DNA from: Vermamoeba vermiformis
Taxonomy: Eukaryota
Direction of reading: 5' to 3'
DNA: 64,000 bases
Assembly (NCBI GenBank): GCA_045837725.1
Contig: JBEWZL010000166.1
Span: forward strand, 62,001 to 126,000
The notes under the pieces: model-generated
What the model was told of the DNA's origin: nothing
The model's input: only the letters and a program-made list of their open reading frames with translations
Databases searched by the model: none
Part shown: one piece after another, positions 37,955-50,513 of the stretch
Layout of the letters: every line of letters starts with the position of its first letter
Numbering within the stretch: position 1 is the stretch's first letter
Position numbers and translations under genes: made by a program

Positions 37955-40900
37955 ATGGTGAAAGTAACGATCCGTAATGCAGCTAACAACACCAATCTTC
38001 AAATTGAAGTGGGCAAGCTCGCAACTATTGGAGAGTTAAAAAATAAAATAGAGGAAAAGACAGATATTGAACCGGAGCGACAGAGGTAAGCCTGACGAAA
38101 GTTAGATTTCGGATCGTAAATGATTATGTTATTCACTCGTAGATCAATTTATTTATTTTTCCACGGTATAAATAATTAATAAGTCGCATATTAACGTGTA
38201 TATTTGATGGTAGACTATTTTTTGGTGGACGTGTTCTCGATGACCTAAGCGAAAAGCTCTACACGTATAATATCGACAATGGTACCGTTATTATCCTTCA
38301 AGAAAGAAAGCTGCAACAAGTAGCGAAGTATGTTGGAAGTTGTTCTTACACCAGAAGCATTAGTTAAGCTCTTGTCACAATAGGGACGAGAGCTCCGATG
38401 ACGATTCCAAGTCGGGAGAGACAAAGCCCAAGGCTAATGGCACGAGCAAACACAATGCCGCTGAAGAAGAGGAGGAAGACCTGCACAACACGCACATTAG
38501 CTCAGCGTACACAGCCTCGATGTACATTGATCAAAAGGGTAGCAAGGTGTACCATTGCATCGTGCAAGACCTCATCGATACGCTGCAAGAGAAGTCAGGT
38601 AAGCTAGTTGTCTAGGCACCTTTTCCCGACGACCTTAAGCCGAGGCGCCTTTCGCAAATCAACAAGGCGCTTTAGTTAAGTGGTAAAATTCCTGCTTTGG
38701 GTGCAGGAGGCGTCGGTTCGATTCCGGCAAGCGCCCATCTTTTTTTTATTTTTTTGCCTTCGTGCTAATGTGTTTTGGTTACAGACGTGCCTGGCTATGC
38801 TGTAGCTGCTCGTTGGACTAGATTATGGTGCATCAATAAGGATACCGTCCCTATCGAAGACAAATCTAAGAAGGAGGAAAAGGACGAAACTATGGACATT
38901 GATAGTAAGTGCATTTTACCATGCGGGACGATTTTGTGTTAATTATTTATAGTAGCACCGCCCGCGGAAGAGAAGGCTCAAAAAATCAAGATCAAGTTTG
39001 ATCTTCCCGAGGACTATGTTGTCGAGCGTAAAACTACGTTAGTTCTTTTGCGAAGAAACCAAGACGCTAAAAGGTGACTATTACTGGCTATCTTTATTTT
39101 AATTTTCCACTCTCTGACCAATTAACAGTGGTGAAGCTAAGTTCTCTGTCCTCGAAGGTATCACTTCGGATTATCCTTACCCTGATGACAAAAAGAATAT
39201 TACACCTATTCAACGCAAGAAAAGGAAGCTTATGAAGAAGGGACAAGAGTTTAAGAACGATAGCATTTCGTTCACGTTGCCTCCTGGATCGACAGATCCC
39301 GCCGGTTACTTCACCGTTGGTATCTCAAGCGATGATTACACCGATGACGGTTGCAGAGTTTGCGGCAAGGGCGATGATGCTTCTAAGATCTTGCTTTGCG
39401 ATGAGTGCGACAGTCAATACCACATCTACTGCTTGGATCCGCCTTTGACCGAGGTAAGATCTTCCTACGCAAAATAGACTATGATAGCTAACACGTCATA
39501 GATTCCTACGGATGATCACTGGTACTGCCCTCAGTGTAAAAACGTAGAAATGGACGAGCAAAAGAATCGTAAAGCACAACTGAGCTCGAAGAAAATGAAG
39601 GGCCCTGGTGCTTTGGCTATGGAGGATGGTCGTAAATGGGGCGGTGGCATGGCTTGCTCTGGTCGTCAAAAAGAGTGCAGTATTGTGCCGAAAGACGTAC
39701 GTTGCATTTAGGCTAGTTACTTACTTCGGATGCGGTTCTAACGTTTGTCCTTACTTAGCATTTTGGCTCTATTCCTGGCATTATGGTCGGCAAGCATTGG
39801 CGTTATAGAATTGAATGCTCTGAGGCTGGTGTTCATCGTCCGTTAGTCGGTGGTATTCATGGCCGAGAAAAGAGTACGTAGTCATGGCTTGTAATTTAGA
39901 ACTTGTTATTAATTCGCAGTGTAGTCGGTTCTTTCTCTGTTGTATTGTCTGGTGGCTACGAAGATGACGAGGATAAAGGCGATTGGTTTATTTACACTGG
40001 ATCCGGAGGTCGAGATCTCAAGTACGTTTTCAAATCTAGAATTTAATATGAAATGATAGTAATCGGTGTAATATTTAGGACCGGAAACAAGCGTGTTAGC
40101 AAGCAATCGTGCGATCAAACACTGACAAAGTTTAATTTGGCTATTAGCCGTAACTGCGCTAAGGATCCGGACTGCAAGAAGTGCAACGGCAAGAAAATAT
40201 GTAAAGACTGCGAAGCTAAATGGAAGGACGGCAAGCCCGTAAGTATTAGCGCATCAAAAGGCTCACAGCGGTATTAATTTGTTTGAATTAAGATCCGTGT
40301 CGTACGCAGCTACAAACTGAAAGAAGATTTTGCTCCTAAAGAAGGATTCAGATACGATGGTATTTATAAAGTAGTTAACTACTGGTCAGAACCTGGCAAA
40401 TCCGGTTTCAAGGTCATTAAGTAAGTTTTGTACTGGCTTTGTAGCGGATCCTCCATCGCGATATGGAACTCAAATTAATCTTATTATTAGGTTCTTGTTC
40501 CGACGAGACGACCCTGAACCAGCTCCTTGGACTGATGAAGGCAAGGCTCGCATTGAAAAGTTTGGATTATGGAAGATCTCCGAAAAAACTGCCGACAAAG
40601 AGAAGGCAGAAAAGAAAGAAGGAGAAGAGGGCGAAGAAAATGAAGGAGAAGAAGAGAAGCCTAAGAAGAAACGAGGTCGTAAGAGAAAGAACGACGAGAT
40701 CAGCGATAGCGAGGAAGAAAAAGAAGCCGAAACTAAGCCTACAAAAGCCAAGAAGGCTAAGATTGATAAGACCGATAGTCCTACTAAGAACGGATCCACT
40801 CTTGATAACTTTTTCAAGCCTTCTCCTGATAAGACTAAAACTAAAAAACAAACTCCGGAGAAGAAGAAAGAGGCTGCTAATGGCAACAAAAAGGCCTCTG

Positions 40901-41583
40901 ACGCTCCTGCCGAAGTTAGCAAGGCACCTGCTAGCTACTTCGATAGCGACGATGAAGACGACGAAATGTCCAAGGATATCCGTAAACGCATCCGAGATGA
41001 TCCAAACCAAGTTTACTGGCGCGAGATTTTCGATAAGTATGCGCTTAGTCGAATATATATCAATCAGTCTAACCATATTTTTCAGTCCTGAGATCAATTT
41101 GAAGCCTCAAAACCGACTTCAATTCTTGGAGAAAGTTCAAGAGGTTCGTAACAGCGCTCTGAATATCGAACATTATTATATTAATAAGCTACTATTAATA
41201 TTAGACATGCACTTGTGTTATTTGTATGGACACGAACAAACAACCGCTGATCACTGAGTGCGGTCACGGCCATAACTTGTGCAAGAAGTGTTTCAATGAG
41301 GCCTTAGTTAAGATGGGCAACAAGAAGTAAGTACAACAATAATACGAACTCTTATACTAAATATTTAGAATCAACCGGTCGATTGATGTTGCTAGGAATT
41401 TTTTTGAACGAGGTGGATCCGCACCTTTGACTCGTTCAAATCTGATCTGATTAGTTATTAAATACGATTTTAATGATTTCTATTAGGTGCCCTTACTGCC
41501 GTCACGCCATGGACGAGAAGAAGGTCGCGCCTAATGTTAAGCTCTGGGATACTTTGGTGTTCTTGTTCCCTCACTTGAAGTAG
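37955..41583 (+). CDS. UHRF1: UHRF1-like E3 ligase (UBL-PHD-SRA/YDG-RING)
   Basis: [20 protein letters not shown]...[19 protein letters not shown]...[80 protein letters not shown]...[11 protein letters not shown]...CPYCR. Confidence 0.95.
38666..38736 (+). tRNA. tRNA-Pro (anticodon TGG) inside a UHRF1 intron
   Basis: Acceptor GGCGCTT/AAGCGCC, D-arm TAGTTAAGTGGTAAA, anticodon arm CCTGC-TTTGGGT-GCAGG, T-loop GGTTCGATTCC, discriminator C, then a T-run Pol III terminator. Confidence 0.95.
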
Positions 41584-42141
41584 ATCCGTCTAACGTACTT
41601 AAAAGATTCAAAGGTACGAATTAATAAATTTGCGTTGTTGCGTAGTTAATCGTGTGGCCGTTTTGTACAAGCAAATTTTATTTTGTCTGGGACTCCTCCA
41701 AACAAATTTCTGTCATTGGTTGAAACCCTTTCATTCAAATCATTTCTTAACTCACAAGCAACCACATCAACAAATGTTGACCGAGTAGTAATAAGAAAGG
41801 AACCTCTTGTAGTGTAAGTTATTATCTTGCAATGTCTCAAAAAATTAAGATTGAGTAATCTGTCTTTTGCTTAGGACTTAAGGACAGTTTGGGTGAACCC
41901 TGTGGCAGAGATGAGGTTTGCACATCCTGCCATGGAGTGTGCTAATGCTTAGAAAATTGTAAACTTTGGAGGTAGTGCTCTTCATTGGATGGTATATATG
42001 TAAATATCCTTGAACATTTCTATAGGAATTTTTTGTACAAAAACTTTAACAAAAACTCATTCCCATGAAATTGCAAAGGCTAGTTTGGGATCCATTTGCA
42101 AACCTTTTTTATTTTATAAGAATAATGCATTAGCAGAGTGG

Positions 42142-44041
42142 TTAGTTCAACAAAGGTTGTCTTGTTGGATCTGCACGTTGTTTGCGCACAAAGTAGAATA
42201 TTGCACAACCGACAACAACCACAGCCAAAATAACACCAGCAACTATCAAAAAGATTTCTTTGAATAAGAGTCAGATTAGCAAAGAGCACATTGCACATGG
42301 TGGCACTTACCAGCTGCTGAGTACATGGGTGCTGTAGTGAATGGGGGTGCAAGGACGCCACATTGAGCTTCATACTAAAACAAACAAAGTCAGAACATTT
42401 TCATTTACTGGGCCAATCTTACCGTTGAGAAAAAGTTTTTTTGTTGATACTCATTGAAATTGCTCAATTGATCCATGCTGAAGGCTTGGAGTTGTTTGCA
42501 TGACATTGCCTGAATTTGATTCCGTGTCAAATATCTGACCTGATTGCTAGTGATGGCTGACATGACTTGTGGGTTGAGACCACTTATACTGAACGGACTG
42601 ATTTCTCCAAATGCAACTGGTGACAGCTCTCGAAGTTGATCGGCACTGATGGCTGACACTGTGTCACTGGTGAAGTAGTGAGTGTGAGTCTCATTGAACA
42701 GCTTGAAGTCTGCAGCTGCAATCAAAGGCACATGATCGACACGAAGTCCTCTAAATGCTGAGAAGGGCAAGGATTGAATGATCTCTGCATTGAACACTGG
42801 TCCTAGAACAGCGCTTTGATCACTCTTTTTGAGAAGTGCAATCTTCAACCATGTCACTGAAGACAAGTCTTTGGAGATTGTGTCCCACTCAGTCAGGAAT
42901 GGTACTTGTGATGGAATGAACGATTTGAACTCTGTCACATTCATAATGTTAGTAATAATTAATTTAAAGTGATAATTCAAACAGTACCTGCAGCATATGT
43001 CAGTGGAAATAGTACAAACTGTTCAATGGTGAATATGTTCACAATGTCAAGAGTGTACATGTTGACAAGAATCTTCAACACACTTGCACGAAGAAATTGG
43101 AAGGCGAATTGTGATAAGTACGTCAACTGTAACTTTGAAACACCAGTCCAAGCTTCATCAGGGATGTTAAAGAAGGTTAAAGCAGAAAGTCCTCAGAATG
43201 AGGGTGGTGGAATGTGACTCATCTGTGTGCTGCTGATGTTTTCAAATGTGCTGCTTGAAGCAAAAGCAATGCAGTCTTCTCTGAACCCTTCAAAGGTTGA
43301 AGGTGTCATTTTGCCAACAAATGGACCTTGCAGACCTCTGCATCCACCGTATCTGCGATGTGTAGAGAATGGAGCGAGGCCAGAAGAGAAGTTGGCAAGA
43401 CATCCGACTTTGAGACCAGGTGCTGCTGATGGCGGGAGGTACTGCACCTGCAACTCTAGGAAGCCAGAGCATGATGAGTCAGTCAGTGCTGCCAACTGTT
43501 CGCTTGACACTTGTGAGAATGCTCGATTTGGAGTTTGTCTAATGCAATCAGCTTGAAGGCCGCTAATGGCTTGAGGTTTGAGCAAGCCAACAAACTCAGC
43601 TTGAAGACCAGAGCAGCCGCCTTTCTTATTTGTGGGGAATTGAGCGAGACAAGCGGCTTTGAGACCAGATGCGGCGCTTGAATTTAAAGCGCTCACTTGA
43701 GACTGTTGAAATCCTTGGCATGCCTTTAATAAATCAAAAGATATAATGTGCTTGAAGTTAGCCATAAAATGTGCTAATCGTTTAATTTTAAATCTAAATC
43801 CGTTCCGTTTAATTGTAAATCTAATCTGATCTGACAAAATAATGCAACAAATGTTAATTTATAATCACTATTGTTGATTTACCTCGGGTGGAATCGACGA
43901 AAGTTCATCTGCTGTAATTGATTGAAATGCACTTGTGGGCAAATTCTTCAATTCGGTGGCAGTGATATTTGACCAGTTCACGCATTGGATCGAACCAATG
44001 CTCAGCACTAGTAAGAGCGCTGTTGTGGTGATGTTACTCAT
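42142..44041 (-). pseudogene. Type I membrane repeat glycoprotein interrupted by one in-frame TGA (43193-43195)
   Basis: Signal peptide, about 24-aa repeats (AFSQVSSEQL, CSGLQA), TM IFLIVAGVILAVVVVGCAIFYFV, tail DPTRQPLLN; all introns are in frame and the reading frame continues past the TGA. Confidence 0.75.
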
Positions 44042-44139
44042 GATTAAGCCGAATATAGTATATTGCGAAATACCTATATTGCTAAGAATAAACAGCGAGA
44101 ATTACGCATGCGTAAATAACCAAGAAAGAAACTTAGCGT

Positions 44140-44207
44140 TTTTCCGTTGGCTGAAATGCCTTTCCGAGCCCTGACGAGGGGGAAACAATCAGCCCCGAGA
44201 CCGAAAA
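44140..44207 (+). ncRNA. Type III hammerhead-ribozyme-like motif with one core deviation
   Basis: Stem III TTTTCCGT/ACCGAAAA (7 of 8 pairs), GUU triplet, stem I GGCT-GAAA/TTTC-AGCC, CTGACGA core, stem II GGGG/CCCC, GAGA in place of GAAA. Confidence 0.45.
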
Positions 44208-44615
44208 GCCTTCTCCCCAGGAGCGTAGAATATTTTGTCGCCCAGGTACGTAAAGGAAAGCGAGATCCAAGGAGTTTAGACCGATTCACTGCGTTCAGTG
44301 ACCGTCATGACTCCGACATGGGAACGCTGACCTCTAATTTATACTGTCACGACTGGTCAGTGATCGTTTAGCTATTACCATATATAGCAATGTCCGATTA
44401 GGAAAAACTATGAGCGGCACCGCCGGAGATCTTTGAGCCAATTAAGGAAGAGCAAAGTTAGTCAGCACGAAGCCGACCTCTAACTGGTGCAAAAAGTAAA
44501 GTTAAGTTACTTTAAGTATTAAATAAGTTACTTATAGTCGATTATAGGAGTCTCGAAGAGACTGGAACGGAAGATAGAAAAAGAAGAAGAGTGAAGTACG
44601 AATGAACATTGAGCT

Positions 44616-45765
44616 TCAATGCCTACTTTTTTTGACGGATTGGGTTGGTGAACTATTTCTTTTTCGTTTTTGGTTCTTGCGATCTTCACGTCGTAGCTCA
44701 GTAAAATACGAGTGTTTCAATGCCTTTCTTGCTGTCAGTCTATCGAGAGGTTTATCGGTCAATAGTTTCGTCACCAAATCAATAGCCAACGGATCGCAGT
44801 GGTTGATCCGAGAGAGCACGCCAGATCTAAAAGAGTGAGTGTCGGCAGTAGACTTCGTAAACGCACGCTTTTGCCCTAATAACTATAAATGAAGTTGGTT
44901 AGTTCCGTAAATGATTCCGTTGGTCGGATGTGCTTACCAGTTCTGCCAAAATTATTCCGACACACCACATATCGTCCGCCGGATAGCCTTGAATACCATC
45001 TTCAAATCGACCTTCCTCGCCTCGTAGTCCGTATCCAACCGAATATTTGAATTTGAAGACGGTGCAGGGCTTGGTCATTTCGTGTGAGTTGTCGAAGTCG
45101 ATCAGGTAGATGTGAGGCTCTGAACCTTCCCATTCCCACACAATATTATCGGTAGATATGTCCCAGTGGACTAGATTATTTTTATGCACGACTTTCAATG
45201 CCTGCCGAAACAAAAATTAGATCGCGATCCACGTTTTGTTTTTTTGAGTTTTAACTTACCGTAAGCAATTGAAATAGGACTTGTTTAGGAAACTGTTTTA
45301 GTACTTCCATATCAAACTGTTTATATTGTGGTGTTATAAGAAAGCAATTCCATGAAAAAACACGCGGCACAACTTTGTCCGCCGCCCGAATAATGTACGG
45401 ACAATTGAGCGGATCCAGGATTTCGTGGGCTCTACTCTCATAGTACCATCCCCTAACAAACCATTTGCCAATGTAATATTTTGAATCTTCGGTATTGTAA
45501 AGAACAAGCATTCTTAAGAGCTCGTCGTCGTCAAACTCTTCTCCTGGACTTGTATAGCGGACAGGTGGCAGGAAATCTTTTAAAATATATTTTTCAGTCC
45601 GCTCTAATATCTTGTTATTGGGTTCGGAGATCGTAATGTACCTGCTCAGAAATACGTTTAGATCGCACCGTTGTATACAAAAGATTTAAATATTGATAAT
45701 ATAGCTACGTACTCGCAGTGTAACATCCAATTACTAAGACTATGCGGCTTTTCAGCATAATCCAT
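44616..45765 (-). CDS. Atypical Ser/Thr protein kinase (4 exons)
   Basis: YIGK (VAIK equivalent), LVHWDISTDN catalytic loop, IYLIDFD, DDMWCVGIILAEL, DRLTARKALKHSYF. Confidence 0.85.
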
Positions 45766-46105
45766 GGAGTCTTTAAATTCTGCAAACAAAAATTAATAAA
45801 TAATAATTAAGTTAGTCTACAATAATGGCTTTATTATGGTAATTTAATAAATTATTTTTACGAAGTAATTTATTTTAAATTAATAAGATTGGCGGGAAGA
45901 GGGTGGAACGAACATCACTATTTTGTTGTGAGCCGACGTATAGCAAGAGCTCTATATAATTAAATGTTACTTACCGGCGAATATCTCCATTTTTGTTTGT
46001 TGCCTCCTTCAGTAGTCTCGGGAGAAGGTGAAATGTGTTTGCTCGAGTGAAAAAAAAACCAAAACTCTTGTCTGACGAATGATTCTCCATAGTTAACACT
46101 ACAAT

Positions 46106-47747
46106 ATGACAACAAGAGAGCCAAAAAACGATTTTGAGGTCTATTTGGCGACAAGTAAGCGCTTCTGCTTGTCATCTGAATTCCAAACACTAATTTATGT
46201 TTGTATAGAGCAGGGAGGTGCTATTTCGAATTTAGATGAAGATTTAGATCCAGGATTCGCGGAATTTATCAATGAATTACCGCCACATCTCAATAGGGTA
46301 AGATCTACGGTTTAGAAATACTCCAACAATTTTTAAAATTATTCAACCGCTTCAATAATTACAATCATCCCTATAAATATTACTTATTTGGTCCTAAATG
46401 AATTTAAAAATTGTTTTGAAGGGCTTACGGCGGATCATCGTATTCAAAGAGTTCCAGGAACCAGAAGCAATCCTGATGCTTTCGGCGAAGGTGAATATAG
46501 TTTCTACGCATAAAAAATATTAATTAACCTTTACAAGTAGGAAATTGAGATGAAATCGGGTCTTAATGCTGCTGAAAGTCACGATCTCCTGATCGAGATC
46601 TCAAAGTTCGTTTTTCCGCAACAAGCAACCACTGTACGACAACTTATCGAATCGCCCGATGAAAATAGACGACTGTCAATGGGATCTAAGCCAATGGACG
46701 ATCTATTCAATGGTGGTCTGCCCTTGCGCGGGATCATCGAAGTGACAGGCGAGGCAGGTGCTGGCAAATCTCAGTTCTGTTTGCAAGCTTGTTTGCAGAC
46801 AATAGTACGTAATAGTAATACATATAGTAGTGTTAAACAAGAAGAATTGAAGTCATCATGCTAACCGTTGGATCCAGTTACCAGTAGAGCAAGGCGGACT
46901 AGGCGCGCACGCGTTATACATTTCAACAGAGGTACGACGAATTTTAATAGTGTATTGATATATAAATATTAATATAGAGTATAGGGTCGATTTCCTACGA
47001 CGAGGTGGAGCCAGATGGTCCGTGGTTACGTCAAAAAGTATCCCGAGCTAGATGCGAACCATTTTCACAATCACTTGTACATAGAAGATAGAATCGATTC
47101 AATAGATGCATTATGGGTTAGTAATATATCATATTATAAGCTTATAATATGATACACTGGTCCTAATTCATCGTACGTAGGACTTACTCCAACAGCGGAT
47201 CCAAGATCTGATGATGCGCGTCGAGTTGAGGCTAGTCATTATCGACTCAGTAGCAGCACTATTCAGATACGAATATAAGAAGGAAGAGTCCTTGGATAGA
47301 GCGAAGTCTATGTTCAATCATGCCCATCAATTGAAATTTTTGAGCGATCATTACAAGGTCGGAGTTATCGTGGTCAATCAGGTCTCGGACTATTTTTACG
47401 AGCACTTGGGCGAGTCATTCAGCTTAAACAGCTTATCGAACGAAAAAAAAGTTATTCCGGCGTTAGGCTTGTCTTGGAGCAACTGTGTCAATATGCGGAT
47501 CTTGTTGAAGAAAACGAACCGGATGTACAGAAGTGAAGCGATTGATATGGACAATAATATCGCTAATGATGAAGAGGATAATGAAGAAGAAGGGCCGAAG
47601 AAAAAGAAAAGAAAAATTACACCGAGTGTGACTGAGGCAGTGTTGCGAACTATGACCATCATTTTATCCTCGTACTTGCCCAATAGCTCCATTAACTTCT
47701 TTGTGGACTCAGCAGGACTTAAGGGTGTCGAAGAGCCTCTTAATTAA
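46106..47747 (+). CDS. XRCC3: RAD51 paralog, XRCC3/Rad57-like
   Basis: DDLFNGGLP.RGIIEVTGEAGAGKSQFCLQ (Walker A), QLPVEQGGLG, YISTEGRFP, LVIIDSVAALFR (Walker B), VNQVSD, PALGLSWSNCVNMR. Confidence 0.85.
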
Positions 47748-47907
47748 TGTCCTCTTATATGTAACTGAAGAAATTGTAATAAAGGCTGTAAATTAATTAT
47801 ATAGATCGAATTTTAGTCCGACGAATTTTCGCCACAAACTCCAGCAAACTTAACGAGCAAAAAAATATACGCTTTGTCGTTGTAGTTTAAGGTTATAACA
47901 ATAAGCC

Positions 47908-50513
47908 ATGGAATCGACGTTCATTAAACGGAAGAACGGATTTCTCGTAAGGATCGATCAGTAGTGGTGATTATGTGGATATCTAATATTATTTTTCAAG
48001 GATGTATTGCAAAAATTAGGAAAGATAGACGCAGAGAAGCTTGAAAATAGAAGTATTGACGTATTTTGATTCGCAACTAGCTTCGGATGAAAGAAAAGCA
48101 ATTCAATTCGCTTTACAACATTCGTTAAATATTTATTTGGATCAATTATTGGTAAGAATATATTTTAGAGCACGCAATTTTATTATCTGGTTCGCGAGGA
48201 ATGTTTAATAATTTTTCGAAAATCACATCTGGCTTCCATTCATTAGAATAATACGTCAATATCTATATTACGATTTTCAAATGTTATTTTTTATCACATT
48301 TATTTTTTTCTAACATTTTTACAGCTCAGCAACATCAACTCAAATTCATGGCAAGAGTCCAACGTCAAATCACTCTTTAATATCGTATTATGGATGATCA
48401 AAAACGATTTAATTCAAAATGTGTATTTCTTCGCTTTTATCGACGCTATATTCGATACACGCACGATCCAGGAATGCGAACGAATGTTTTCTTACCTTGA
48501 AGAGAACGCTCAAGACCTTGCAAGGGTAATAGTACCATTCTTATTATATTATTATGACAATATTATTATGCGAAAGGCGTTTATGTTCTCATGATTTATT
48601 TTTTCAGATCGTGCACGCAATTGAAGATCCCAACATTCGCGCACGTGTGTTGAAGCCACTCGTAGGGTTAATGAAACGATTATCACGTACAACAGATACA
48701 GAGTTTTGTGGTCGCGTATTGTCATTCACAGCAGCTGTTCTGCCGTTATCAGATCCGTCAGGCACGAACAAGAAAGGTGCTATTAACACGGGCAATGTGA
48801 CTAAAATAGACGAAACAAAAGTCCAAGACATTGATTCAGGCGTTGATGACACACCGATTGATATCCAATTTTGGAAGTAAGTTCAATATAGAGCTATAAA
48901 TAGGCCTCTCGAATGATAAGATCCGATTGACACGAAATTTTTGCTATATTCAGTATAGGGACTAACGTAAATATATATAGGACCTTTTGGGCTGTTCAAC
49001 CGTTGATTCAAAACCCTTGGAACGTGTTCGAATCACCGATTAACTGGAACAAAATGGTTGACACGATGAAGCAGATCTTGACCACATTCACGTCAACACC
49101 ACTTGACATTCCTGAAGTGGTCGTGTCAAGTCTCAGAACGTCAACAGTGACACCTGTCAAAAGCAGTAACAGTGGCTCATCGATGGAGATTGACCTGCCG
49201 TTGGTCCAAAAGGGCGCTTATTTCACCAAATTTTTGACCAGCCCTCGCTTGATTAAGCTCGAAATTCAAGTAAGAAACGAAAAAAAAGTTTTATAATTGC
49301 AAATAATTATACTGACCTATGTTCTTTCAGGATCCGTATTTCAGAAAACATATTTTGACCCAATTTTTGATTTATTTGAAGTCCCTCAAACGAGCGGTCG
49401 ATGTAAAACCGACTTGGACTTTAACAGAAACACAAGTAAGTAGTCTTACAAAATATAAACTATACAAGGATTAATTTTTAATGATTTTGTTAGGTCGCTA
49501 GTGTTAAAGAATTGAAAAAGAGAGTGAAAGAAACGCTCGAAAATACTCCGCCTCAAGCAGTCAAATTCGCAAACTCAATTTACAGCATTTTAAAACGAGA
49601 AAAGAATTGGGTACGTAAAATGATGATAATTATTAGACTAGTTCTAATAATAGGGCAATTATATAACAGATTGAGTGGAAGAAAAACCAATGTAAATCAT
49701 TTGAAAAACTTCCCGCCAAAAGAACGCAAGACGAAATGAAAGACAACGCGCCAATTTCATCGCTGTTGACTGCATTGAAAGACGGTGAAGACGATGAAGA
49801 AAGACCTCTAAAACGACAAAAAGTAGAAGAAGGTGATAGTGGAGCTGAAGGAAAAGGTAATTTGAGCTCTTTCAGGGCCGTGTAACGGCTTTTCCAAAAA
49901 AGGAAAAAATATTCCTATTATTTACTTTCTGTCAGGAATGGCAATTTTCCTATTCTAAATCGGTACAATATATTGACTTATTATGTCATGCAGTTAATAT
50001 GGGTCACGAAGGTTTGACTCGTTTATGGAACGGCAAGCCCCTGAATGAAGATTCAACTCCCGAGCTTAAACAGTACTTGCAACAAGCACTCGAAGACGAG
50101 GACTTATTGTTTATGGATAACGTAAGTTTATTATATATCTACATATCATAAGAGAGCGTTTATTTTGGATCCGGATCCTGATGCGGTTTTTTCAGTTCTA
50201 CGAATGGAAGGCCAATCGCCTATTAATTAGTCAAGGCTTGCGATACATCGATTCAAGACATAGAAAGCGAGATCTTGAGGATCTAGTGCACCGCATATTC
50301 GATATCAAGCAAGATTCAGAAGCACCAGTGGATCTGAACGAAGGCGATGTAGAAAGCAAATTAGACAGCGGAGATAAAGAGAGTAATTTAGGCGACGATC
50401 AAGAGAGCATTAAACAAGAGGAAAGCAGGCCTGCTGAAGACGAAGAAATGAAAGAAGTTGATGCCGCTGCAGAGAAGAAAAGCGTTGTGACTCTTGATAT
50501 TACCGAAGAATAG
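47908..50513 (+). CDS. THOC1: THO complex subunit 1 (Hpr1/p84)
   Basis: CERMFSYLE, LMKRLSRTTDTEFCGRV...LPLSDPSGTN, YFTKFLTSPRLIKLEIQDPYFRKHILTQFLI, REKNWIEWK, MGHEGLTRLWN. Confidence 0.92.

Noticed and set aside
10359..43195. TGA reassignment suggested by two in-frame TGAs
   Set aside because: Bona fide genes here end in TGA (HSP20, F-box/LRR at 5004, kinase) and Trp is encoded by TGG throughout.
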